A stretch of DNA of 39,783 nt, from the NCBI GenBank assembly GCA_032718475.1, contig JAUCBJ010006042.1:1-39783 (forward strand), given 5' to 3'. A program made the translations under genes and the position numbers. The notes beneath the pieces were generated by a model that did not search any database, was not told the origin of the DNA, and was given only the letters and a program-made list of their open reading frames with translations. The DNA comes from Nemertoderma westbladi (taxonomy: Eukaryota; Animalia; Xenacoelomorpha). Each line of letters starts with the position of its first letter. Within the stretch, counting starts at the first letter, position 1. Positions 11,350 through 22,385 of this stretch are shown here, one piece after another.

Positions 11350-12813
11350 ATGGATAGCTTAAAAGCAACTCTTGCGAAATACAACCAACTACATTTGTTA
11401 ACATTTTACGAAGAATTATCGGACGACCAAAAGAACTTGTTATCAAACGATTTGCTATCCATCGACTTCGCTAATATCCATGATTGCTATAACCGCTACA
11501 TAAACGGGGTTACCCCGGGTTCGGGACAGACCGAGGACATCCACCCCTTACCTCCCGATATTTGTGGAACGGTTTCCGATGAATCCGCAAAGATTTGGCG
11601 AGAAAGCGGGTTCCGTTTAATATCGGAGAATAAAGTGGCCGTAGTGTTAATGGCGGGTGGACTAGGCACCAGGTTGGGGGTGGACTACCCTAAAGGAATG
11701 TACGATGTTGGATTACCTTCGGGAAAAACGTTGTTCCAGATACAAGCGGAACGACTTATAAAGATACAGCTGTTAGTTAAAGAAGAGTTTGAAGTTGACA
11801 GTGATATTGTAGTCCCTTGGTATGTAATGACATGCGAGAAAACCCATAAACAAACCAAGGAGTTTTTCACTTCTAACAATTTCTTTGGTTTAGAAAAAAC
11901 TAACGTTATGTTTTTCCAGCAGTCGATGGCCCCCTGTCTCGATTTAAATGGGAAACTTTTATTAGAAGGTAAATTTAAATTATCGCGCTCTCCTGGTGGT
12001 AACGGCGGAATATATTCAGCGTTAAAATCCTCCGGGATGATCGATGACATGGAGATTAGAGGCGTGGAAAACGTTCACGTTTACTGTGTCGATAACATCC
12101 TTAACAAGATGGCGGATCCCGTTTTCGCCGGTTTCTGTTTCGATAAGAAAGCGGACTGCGGAGCCAAAGTCGTGCAGAAATCGCACCCAGAGGAGGCTGT
12201 AGGCGTCGTCTGCGAAAGCTGCGGGAAATTCAAAGTAGTCGAGTATTCGGAGATCGATAAAGCGACAGCTGAACGTGTTGATAACGATGGCAATCTAGTG
12301 TTCAACTCAGGTAATATTTGCTATCAGTATTTTTCTTTTAGTTTCTTAAAGAAAATTTGCTATGAATTAGAAACGCGTTTAAAGCCACATATCACAAAGA
12401 AAAAAATCCCTTATATATCAACGGAGACAGGTGAAATAATCCGGCCTAAAGAACCGAACGGCTACAAAATGGAGAAGTTTATATTCGATGTTTATTCGTT
12501 GGCGGAAAGTTTCTGCGTTTTATCGGTGAATCGCGATGAGGAATTCTCTCCGCTTAAGAACAACGATTCGGCCGCGAAGGACAACCCCCGCACCTCCAGG
12601 GAATCGTTGTTCGCGTTGCATCGGAGCTACCTGTCTGCGGTGGGGTGTTCGTTTGTTAGCGCGACGGGAGACGGGCTGGACGCCACCGGTGTCTGCGAGT
12701 TGTCCCCGTTGGTCTCCTACTCCGGGGAGGGGTTGGCTGCGCTCAGCGGGAGGGTGTTGCGTCTACCGGTACATATCGACTCCATCACGGATGTCTGTAA
12801 TAATTCCATTTAA
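11350..12813 (+). CDS. UAP1: UDP-N-acetylglucosamine/hexosamine pyrophosphorylase, single-exon CDS (487 aa)
   Basis: Motifs AGGxGTRLG....PKG, LFQIQAERL, PWYVMT, PxGNGG, YCVDNIL, VVEYSE, KMEKFIFD, EFSPLKN, ELSPLVSYSGEGL. Confidence 0.94.
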   Translation: MDSLKATLAKYNQLHLLTFYEELSDDQKNLLSNDLLSIDFANIHDCYNRYINGVTPGSGQTEDIHPLPPDICGTVSDESAKIWRESGFRLISENKVAVVLMAGGLGTRLGVDYPKGMYDVGLPSGKTLFQIQAERLIKIQLLVKEEFEVDSDIVVPWYVMTCEKTHKQTKEFFTSNNFFGLEKTNVMFFQQSMAPCLDLNGKLLLEGKFKLSRSPGGNGGIYSALKSSGMIDDMEIRGVENVHVYCVDNILNKMADPVFAGFCFDKKADCGAKVVQKSHPEEAVGVVCESCGKFKVVEYSEIDKATAERVDNDGNLVFNSGNICYQYFSFSFLKKICYELETRLKPHITKKKIPYISTETGEIIRPKEPNGYKMEKFIFDVYSLAESFCVLSVNRDEEFSPLKNNDSAAKDNPRTSRESLFALHRSYLSAVGCSFVSATGDGLDATGVCELSPLVSYSGEGLAALSGRVLRLPVHIDSITDVCNNSI

Positions 12814-13352
12814 TTTATTTATCATCATCTAGTTTTTGTTTTCTTTGGGTTGGGATTTGGGAGGCATTTAATACCAAACAGTGAGTTGTGTGTATATTTA
12901 TTTATACACATCCACTATACTGCTATATCATTTTTAATTTTTAACTTAATTTGATTTGATTTAATGTATTTTATATTTATTATCTATTTGTTTATCATTG
13001 ACCATTTTAGAGGTATTTTTAACCTGATATATTGGCCCCTCACTGTATTGCATTGTAATATAATTCCATCTTTTTGTTCCTGTTTTATCGGCTGGAGTCC
13101 TTGCTGTAAATTATATTCTTGTGGGAGAATTTTTGTTTGGGTGCAGCAGGGGTTGTTAGGTGTAGAATTTCCTCAAAATCCAAAACCGTATGAGATTTTG
13201 CGGAGATTTAGTTAAGTGGATAAAATATTTTGTAAATTGGTCTTTGACGGACCAATTTTCAATCTATTTTTGCTATTAAAATACAAATAGATTGGTAGAG
13301 ATATCGTATGAGGCTGTGTATTTAAAATAATAATAATATAACACCCCACATA

Positions 13353-16300
13353 TTTATACGGCTGGGTTGGCGTAAGGGCTAAGGTCTCAGTGCAAGGTTC
13401 CCTTTATATGGCTGGGTTGGCGTAAGGGCTAAGGTCTCAGTGCAAGGTTCCCTTTATACGGCTGGGTTGGCGTTAGGGCTAAGGTCTCAGTGCAAGGTTC
13501 CCTTTATACGGCTGGGTTGGCGTAAGGGCTAAGGTCTCAGTGCAAGGTTCCCTTTATACGGCTGGGTTCCCTTTATACGGCTGGGTTGGCGTTAGGGCTA
13601 AGGTCTCAGTGCAAGGTTCCCTTTATACGGCTGGGTTGGCGTAAGGGCTAAGGTCTCAGTGCAAGGTTCCCTTTATACGTCTGGGTGTGCGTAAGGGCTA
13701 AGGTCTCAGTGCAAGGTTCCCTTTATACGGCTGGGTTCCCTTTATACGGCTGGGTTGGCGTAAGGGCTAAGGTCTCAGTGCAAGGTTCCCTTTATACGGC
13801 TGGGTTCCCTTTATACGGCTGGGTTGGCGTAAGGGCTAAGGTCTCAGTGCAAGGTTCCCTTTATACGGCTGGGTTCCCTTTATACGGCTGGGTTGGCGTT
13901 AGGGCAAAGGTCTCAGTGCAAGGTTCCCTTTATACGACTGGGTTCCCATTATACGGCTGGGTTGGCGTAAAGGCTAAGGTCTCAGTGCAAGGTTCCCTTT
14001 ATACGACTGGGTTGGCGTAAGGGCTAAGGTCTCAGTGCAAGGTTCCCTTTATACGACTGGGTTGGCGTAAGGGCTGAGGTCTCAGTGCAAGGTTCCCTTT
14101 ATATGGCTGGGTTGGCGTAAGGGCTAAGGTCTCAGTGCAAGGTTCCCTTTATACGGCTGGGTTCCCTTTATACGGCTGGGTTGGCGTAAGGGCTAAGGTC
14201 TCAGTGCAAGGTTCCCTTTATACGGCTGGGTTCCCTTTATACGGCTGGGTTGGCGTTAGGGCTAAGGTCTCAGTGCAAGGTTCCCTTTATACGACTGGGT
14301 TGGCGTAAGGGCTAAGGTCTCAGTGCAAGGTTCCCTTTATACGACTGGGTTGGCGTTAGGGCTAAGGTCTCAGTGCAAGGTTCCCTTTATACGGCTGGGT
14401 TGGCGTAAGGGCTGAGGTCTCAGTGCAAGGTTCCCTTTATATGGCTGGGTTGGCGTAAGGGCTAAGGTCTCAGTGCAAGGTTCCCTTTATACGGCTGGGT
14501 TCCCTTTATACGGCTGGGTTGGCGTTAGGGCTAAGGTCTCAGTGCAAGGTTCCCTTTATACGACTGGGTTGGCGTAAGGGCTAAGGTCTCAGTGCAAGGT
14601 TCCCTTTATACGACTGGGTTGGCGTTAGGGCTAAGGTCTCAGTGCAAGGTTCCCTTTATACGGCTGGGTTGGCGTAAGGGCTAAGGTCTCGTTGCAAGGT
14701 TCCCTTTATACGGCTGGGTTGGCGTAAAGGCTAAGGTCTCAGTGCAAGGTTCCCTTTATACGACTGGGTTGGCGTAAGGGCTAAGGTCTCAGTGCAAGGT
14801 TCCCTTTATACGACTGGGTTGGCGTTAGGGCTAAGGTCTCAGTGCAAGGTTCCCTTTATACGACTGGGTTGGCGTAAGGGTTAAGGTCTCAGTGCAAGGT
14901 TCCCTTTATACGACTGGGTTGGCGTTAGGGCTAAGGTCTCAGTGCAAGGTTCCCTTGATACGACTGGGTTGGCGTAAGGGCTAAGGTCTCAGTGCAAGGT
15001 TCCCTTTATACAACTGGGTTGGCGTTAGGGCTAAGGTCTCAGTGCAAGGTTCCCTTTATACGGCTGGGTTGGCGTAAGGGCTGAGGTCTCAGTGCAAGGT
15101 TCCCTTTATACGGCTGGGTTGGCGTAAGGGCTGAGGTCTCAGTGCAAGGTTCCCTTTATACGGCTGGGTTCCCTTTATACGGCTGGGTTGGCGTTAGGGC
15201 TAAGGTCTCAGTGCAAGGTTCCCTTTATACGACTGGGTTGGCGTAAGGGTTAATGTCTCAGTGCAAGGTTCCCTTTATACGACTGGGTTGGCGTTAGGGC
15301 TAAGGTCTCAGTGCAAGGTTCCCTTTATACGACTGGGTTGGCGTAAGGGTTAAGGTCTCAGTGCAAGGTTCCCTTTATACGACTGGGTTGGCGTAAGGGC
15401 TAAGGTCTCAGTGCAAGGTTCCCTTTATATGGCTGGGTTGGCGTAAGGGCTAAGGTCTCAGTGCAAGGTTCCCTTTATATGGCTGGGTTGGCGTAAGGGC
15501 TAAGGTCTCAGTGCAAGGTTCCCTTTATACGGCTGGGTTCCCTTTATACGGCTGGGTTGGCGTAAGGGCTAAGGTCTCAGTGCAAGGTTCCCTTTATACG
15601 ACTGGGTTGGCGTAAGGGCTGAGGTCTCAGTGCAAGGTTCCCTTTATATGGCTGGGTTGGCGTAAGGGCTAAGGTCTCAGTGCAAGGTTCCCTTTATACG
15701 ACTGGGTTGGCGTAAGGGCTAAGGTCTCAGTGCAAGGTTCCCTTTATACGACTGGGTTGGCGTTAGGGCTAAGGTCTCAGTGCAAGGTTCCCTTTATACG
15801 ACTGGGTTGGCGTAAGGGCTAAGGTCTCAGTGCAAGGTTCCCTTTATACGACTGGGTTGGCGTAAGGGCTAAGGTCTCAGTGCAAGGTTCCCTTTATACG
15901 GCTGGGTTCCCTTTATACGGCTGGGTTGGCGTTAGGGCTAAGGTCTCAGTGCAAGGTTCCCTTTATATGGCTGGGTTGGCGTAAGGGCTAAGGTCTCAGT
16001 GCAAGGTTCCCTTTATACGACTGGGTTGGCGTAAGGGCTAAGGTCTCAGTGCAAGGTTCCCTTTATACGGCTGGGTTCCCTTTATACGGCTGGGTTGGCG
16101 TAAGGGCTAAGGTCTCAGTGCAAGGTTCCCTTTATACGACTGGGTTGGCGTAAGGGCTAAGGTCTCAGTGCAAGGTTCCCTTTATACGACTGGGTTGGCG
16201 TTAGGGCTAAGGTCTCAGTGCAAGGTTCCCTTTATACGGCTGGGTTGGCGTAAGGGCTGAGGTCTCAGTGCAAGGTTCCCTTTATATGGCTGGGTTGGCG

Positions 16301-16967
16301 TAAGGGCTAAGGTCTCAGTGCAAGGTTCCCTTTATACGACTGGGTTGGCGTAAGGGCTAAGGTCTCAGTGCAAGGTTCCCTTTATACGACTGGGTTGGCG
16401 TTAGGTGCAAGCCCTTTATACGGCTGGGTTGGCGTAAGGGCTAAGGTCTCAGTGCAAGCTTCCCTTTATACGGCTGGGTTGGCGTTAGGGCTAAGGTCTC
16501 AGTGCAAGGTTCCCTTTATACGGCTGGGATCCCTTTATACGGCTGGCTTGGCGTAAGGGCTGAGGTCTCAGTGCAAGGTTCCCTTTATACGACTGGGTTG
16601 GCGTTAGGTGCAAGCCCTTTATACGGCTGGGTTGGCGTAAGGGCTAAGGTCTCAGTGCAAGCTTCCCTTTATACGGCTGGGTTGGCGTTAGGGCTAAGGT
16701 CTCAGTGCAAGGTTCCCTTTATACGGCTGGGATCCCTTTATACGGCTGGGTTGGCGTAAGGGCTAAGGTCTCAGTGCAAGGTTCCCTTTATACGACTGGG
16801 TTGGCGTTAGGTGCAAGCCCTTTATACGGCTGGGTTGGCGTAAGGGCTAAGGTCTCAGTGCAAGCTTCCCTTTATACGGCTGGGTTGGCGTTAGGGCTAA
16901 GGTCTCAGTGCAAGGTTCCCTTTATACGGCTGGGATCCCTTTATACGGCTGGCTTGGCGTAAGGGCT
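13353..16967. repeat. Satellite array 2: 50-bp monomer, roughly 65-70 copies, with 69-bp variants and a 203-bp higher-order repeat at the 3' end
   Basis: Consensus CTTTATACGGCTGGGTTGGCGTAAGGGCTAAGGTCTCAGTGCAAGGTTCC. A 19-bp sub-duplication CTGGGTTCCCTTTATACGG is interspersed. TTAGGTGCAAGCCC recurs every 203 bp (16401, 16604, 16807). Confidence 0.98.
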
Positions 16968-19009
16968 GTAGGCCTACTCGTTTATGCACCTGCGCCGCCA
17001 TACACACTGCGCAGCTCAGTGTCTTATTGCAATCAATGAGCTACTTACAAACCAACATCCGTCTGTAACGCGTTTATAATAGCCTGTAGCTACTTGTATT
17101 TTTGCTTTATTTCCATTTAGGCCCTGCCAATAGTAAATTAATCTGATACATTCCATTCCAATATAGATCGCTCAAGTTTCTGTATTTGTACCGCACTTAC
17201 TGCTTGAGCTTGAGGACAACTTAGATACTAACCTATACCATGCAATGTGGTTTCGGTGATAGTAATTATTTTATAGTGTCTGTTTGCCAGACGTTGTGTC
17301 TCTAACTAAGACTATCTACTCCAAATATCACCAAACAACAAATCCACTGGGCGCTGTTTTCCAGTCCTCAAGGTTTAATAATTTTTCAGTAGGTCAGTTT
17401 AAGATGTTTGATATTATTTTGCTATTTATATTTGTTTGGGCCAAATTTATTTGCAATACAAGTTACGCTTTTTAGCGAAGCTAAGGTAATAAATAGTTGA
17501 TCATTATTTACTTAATATTTTGGCGTCACGTATTACGCGAAATCACCACTAACCCGAAATAGTTTATTTGCAACGCCAAATGTATTATTAGCTTTGTGAT
17601 TGTGATTGTATTTTTCTCAACTGCTCCTTTCCATTTAACTATAACCTTCTACTACTAACTACTACCTCCTTTAGTCATAGTTTGTTGTTATAATTATATT
17701 ATTGCCTTATCTTCGGTTGCTAGGTTGCTCTGTAATTAGTTGGATGATGTCCATTTAATGTAAATTATTTTAAATATTTTTAACCCATCGATTAATTATT
17801 ATTATTTTATCAGGTTTGCAATTTCTTTGGTGACTATTTTTCTACATTTTTATATTGAATAGAGTTAGAATTACCGGGTATATAGAATAATATTTTTGTT
17901 TTAACCGATTAAATAGCCTTAGTAACTATAGTGACACTGGTGTGAAAGTTTAAATTTTGTTCAGCGTGGGTATAACTCGTTCTTTAGTAATTATTGTTCG
18001 CTTATTGTTGTTAACATTATAGTATAGCCACGTTTCAGTTCAGCACAGCCACTCTCCCCCCCCCCCCCCCCCCCCCATCTACTAACAGTTTTGGGTATAC
18101 TAAGTAACCAATTAACGCAGTGTGATTTTGGTAACGTAAAACTTAAATACAATCAAAATAGTTGCGAAATTAATCTGCTTATCCAGTGTTGTAATATTAT
18201 TGTATGATAATATTTTTACAATTATCTATTTTCTGTAATGCTCGTACCTAAATCTTAATAGTAATATTCGTGTGATTGTACGGCATACGCAAAATCGTGT
18301 TATCACACTCCCGGTAGAATGATTTTTCCACACTCTGAAATGGTTTTTAAGTTTATTAGTTTAAGTTTTATAGTTTTAAGTTTATTGTGATTCCCGCTGA
18401 ACGTGGCTTCCCACACAATGACTATGTTTGGTCTATTACTCGCTCAGTATTAGTAACTGGTAACGCCACCATTTCATCCACCACAACCCTACTGTTGTAG
18501 GCCTACCGTACTGTAAATGGTTTTACTTTGTATGTTCTCTTATAATATTATCTCTTACAAATAAACATCGATGCGGCCTTGCCATGTTGAGACTAGATGG
18601 ACGACATTGCCGATAGGCTTAGGCCAATATATTCTCCCTCCTATCTCCTTAAGGGATGAATAACGGTTTCTGGAAACCTTACTCCAACATTCTCTATGCC
18701 GATCAGCCCCCAACTCAGCATCATTTATCCTCATGAAAATACTCGTCGATAAACAGAAGTTATTATAACTTTTTGTTATTGGGCAATGACACTTCCATTA
18801 GAGCGTTCAAACTTTGTCCTGAATAAATCGGAAGTTGGCGATTATAACTTAATAACGAAACTTCCTAAAGGATCTACAGTATCTATAATCGGACTGCTGC
18901 ATTGAAGCTGCACATTTAGATGCTATGCTGGATTAACAAAAATATTTTTTCACCACACCACCAAGCAATCCACATTGGCAAGCCCAATGAAGCGCGCATT
19001 AGGAATGTT

Positions 19010-19753
19010 ATGCCGACTTATCAACAAAGTTTCAACAACTCCCTATCCCCCATGACTTTCGCGAGATTATCAGCATGATCAGCGAGATCCGCGAGATCAT
19101 TCAGTGTCCTTTAAGAGGCGTCTCAAGAAAGTCATGGGCTGACTTATTTTCTGCATGGGGGCTGCCAAAGCACTAGATTGTGCACAGGCTGGTCCTCACG
19201 GCGAAAACAATGTCCTGCAAAGCGGAGGCGATTTTGTTCTAGTGTCAAGCTTTGGAGAACCACTGAGACACCTCCAATGTTATATAGTGTCTGGTTGGAG
19301 ATGTGTGCATTGTACTTGACACAATGAACCCGGCGTAGCATTCTTGTGAATGTGCCATCCTGAGATTTTTTATCCTCAGCAGTTAGAGCCCGCATGGACT
19401 CCCATAGAAGAGTATTGGAACTACTGCTGCTCTAAATAAACGGACCCCAAGTTTCCGATGTATTCTGTGTGACCTCCAAATCCTGGAAAGCCTATTCAAG
19501 GCTGCCCATGCCTTTCTCTTGCGTATTCAAAGGTCCTCACCTGACTTCCGGATCCATTATCCCAGGTAACAGAAGTCGTCCACATGCTCAAGCATACCAT
19601 CTTTTGAGCTTATGCTCATCCGGTCAGAGACTTGCTGAGGACTTTCAAAGTTAACTGTCAAAATTTTGGTCTTCTTTGAGTTCTAGTGTTGGAGTAACCA
19701 ACACTAGATGCAGCCTGTTCTAATGAGCTGAGGAGACGTCTCTCTCTCACTCT
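19010..19753 (-). mobile_element. RTE-like non-LTR retrotransposon, decayed 3' part (RT C-terminal region)
   Basis: Minus strand reads RLLSSLEQAASSVG, DGTFTRMLRRV, RLRFAGHCFR...LVLWQP and MTFLRRLLKDT...VMGDRE, with stops and frameshifts. Confidence 0.8.
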
Positions 19754-21066
19754 CTGCCGCGCAATCTGAAAAGATCGTAAGTCGCATTTTTCCAAATTTC
19801 ACTTTTTCTGGGTCTAAAAAATGCGCTCTATCTAATGGTATAATCGAGAACACCGTATTTACTCTAGTTCTCTAGATATTCAATAAGTCACAACATAATG
19901 TATAGTGTTAGAAAGGTAAAAGACCGTAAGTGCAATACAAATTACCGCAACTATTTAAATTTATGCAAAAAAAACCGTAAGTCAACAAGACTCATGGTAT
20001 TTTGTCATTGCATAGATAATAAGAAATCGCACATACGGTTTTAATAATTTGTGTCTTTTGTATGCTGTTCTGTATGCTGAAACTACTGAAACCTTCATGA
20101 TGTGAGAAATCTTGTAATAACTTATTAATTCCATTAGTCACCTGAGGTCAACCCACCCTACCTTAACTGTTTAGTATAATTCCTTCTTAAGTGCTTTAAG
20201 CGAGATCGATTTTAGTTTTCGAGTTATCACTGTCTGAAGGTCTGACCGTCACAGTGTAAGTTTAAACAGATAGCCAGAGCCTGACCAAAATCAGACAGAC
20301 TAGACTCTTCCGAACATAAAAGTTAACATTGGAAATTAAATCACAGAAATAGAAAACCACCATAATGAAAATTATTGCCAGACATTATTAACCAACCAGA
20401 CACCATTAACCAACCAGACACCATTAACCAACCAGACACCAGGCTGATAGTTTTGAGCGGGAAGATTTAAACTTTGAAAACAATTTTCTCGGAAAGATAA
20501 ATTTTCACGCAAAAAAACACTACTCCTCTGCAAAAATCTAAAACCGTTTTTTGTAATTTTCGCTCCATATGATAGGTAATTTCATAAGCTTCGATAAATT
20601 TCGGCCAGTTTTTGTTTATTTCATAATACTTCCCCGTTTTTAAGTTTTTTGTTGATGCAACCACTTTCGAGTTATTTACAAATAACTCCCCCCTCCCCCC
20701 CCCCCCCCCCCCCCTAATAATGAGTGCATTACGTTTACACAATTCAAAAACACCGCAACTGACAGAGTTGCGGTGTTTTGTCATTGTGCATTTGTTTTTG
20801 CATTGTATCGAATGTATTTACATGCAGGTTCTACAATGCAAAAATACCGTAATTATAAAAAATAACCTTGAAGTAAAAATATTAATGGAAAGTGAAAAAT
20901 AATCACGTAGAAAAATATCCCACCCCCAATTGCGTAGGGTTATAAAAAAAGTGTAATTTGCGGACAATTTAAACAGTTAAACTGAAGGCAAACAGTTATT
21001 TGCGTTTTACTCGAAATTACTTTTTTGACTTTGGCCTACATACGGCATTTTCACATTGCACGGCAC
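19754..21066. mobile_element. Non-autonomous class II (TIR) element of 1313 bp inserted into the RTE copy
   Basis: Left end CTGCCGCGCAATCTGAAAAGATCGTAAGT versus reverse complement of right end GTGCCGTGCAATGTGAAAATGCCGTATGT. Flanked by CTCT at 19750-19753 and 21067-21070. RT homology stops and resumes at these ends. Confidence 0.75.
20378..20442. repeat. 18-bp minisatellite (about 3.5 copies) inside the TIR element
   Basis: Unit CCAGACACCATTAACCAA. Confidence 0.85.
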
Positions 21067-22385
21067 CTCTAGTGATTCTGAGAGTACTCCTAAGTCATCA
21101 GCAAAGTTTAGATCAGTTAGGTACTTGGCAGGATTTCCTCGACTTCTGGAGCCAGTAGGTGGAGTTATCATCACCCCATCATCATTATGATGATCTAAGG
21201 ACATGCGTAGAACATATTCAACCACAATTAAAAGTAAGAATGGGGCAAGTGTGTCTCCTTGGAGGACGCCCCATAACACTTCGAAGGGATCTGTGTCACC
21301 ATCAACAGTAGACACAAATTTCGTTAAACCATCGTATACTGATCTGATTGCTGCAATAATTAATGAAAGTGTGCTACATACGTGAGCGAGAGACTAAATC
21401 AAAGGCCTTGAAGAAGTCAACAAAGATAACAGCCAGATGCCTATCTTTCTTTTTTGATAACTCTTCAATTATCATTGTAAGTGCCAAAATGGGCTCCATG
21501 GTCCCACGACCTTTACGGAACCCATTCTGATTTCCACGGAGCAGTCTCTCAATGGAATCCCTGATGCGATTTAATATAATTCTATTGTACAGCTTTGCAG
21601 CAAAGGAGATCAATGAGATTTCCCGAAAAGAACCATAGAGTGTTAGGTTGCCCTTCTTGGGAACTGGCACCAACTTATTTGTTTTCATTTCTTGTGGGAC
21701 TCTTGTAGTTCGGTACATGTCTACTATGATGGGATAGATGAGCTTTAAACACTCAGGTATTTTAAAGAACTCAGGGGGAACACCATCTACTCCACTGGCA
21801 CGATTGGTCTTAATGCTCTTTGCAGCAACCTTCACTTCAGCAAAGAAGATATCAACAATGGGAATATCTGGGAGTACAGACTGGGACACTTTTACTTCTA
21901 AAAAGTTATTTATGGATATCCATGCCTGGGGTGATTGCCTGCTGTCGTCGGCATCATTGATGGCATCGACATGCTGGTTGATAGGCAGCTGAAGATTATC
22001 AGAGTACTGCCTGTTCATGGAACTAGATGCAGCCTTAACTGCATTCTTGGCCGCTGTAGTCCGTTTGAGTCGGGACACTTTCTGTGCCTTAGTGAAATCC
22101 TGTCGACACAGGAGCTCACTGTTGTCCGACCAGGGTGCCTTTGACCTGCTTCGAGGGTATACAGGAACTGTTTTTGCAGCTGCTGTTTTAACTGCCTCTG
22201 TGAAGGCAGTATAGACCTTACAATGATTTGTTTCCTCAGATGCAAGGGCCTCATACCTGTTGCTCAGCTGCAGTGTGAAGCTGTTGCAATAGAGAGGACC
22301 AATCATGCCGTTCCAAGGTTGATTGCTTAAGTTCTGCAAGCGCGCAGACTAAGTCTCACCTTGGCCACAATAAGGCCTGGTGACC
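21067..22385 (-). mobile_element. RTE-like non-LTR retrotransposon, 5'-truncated decayed ORF (tether plus RT core)
   Basis: ASGVDGVPPE, VPVPKKGNL, FREISLISFAAKLYNRI, NQNGFRKGR, FVDFFKAFD, GVLQGDTLAPFL and FADDL motifs, with stop and frameshift lesions. Confidence 0.88.

Noticed and set aside
13685-16962. Repetitive ORFs in array 2
   Set aside because: Translation artefacts of 69-bp and 203-bp repeat units, with non-ATG starts and stops in ordinary monomers.
3281-16967. Possible CRISPR arrays
   Set aside because: Head-to-tail monomers with no unique spacers, no cas genes, and a eukaryotic context.
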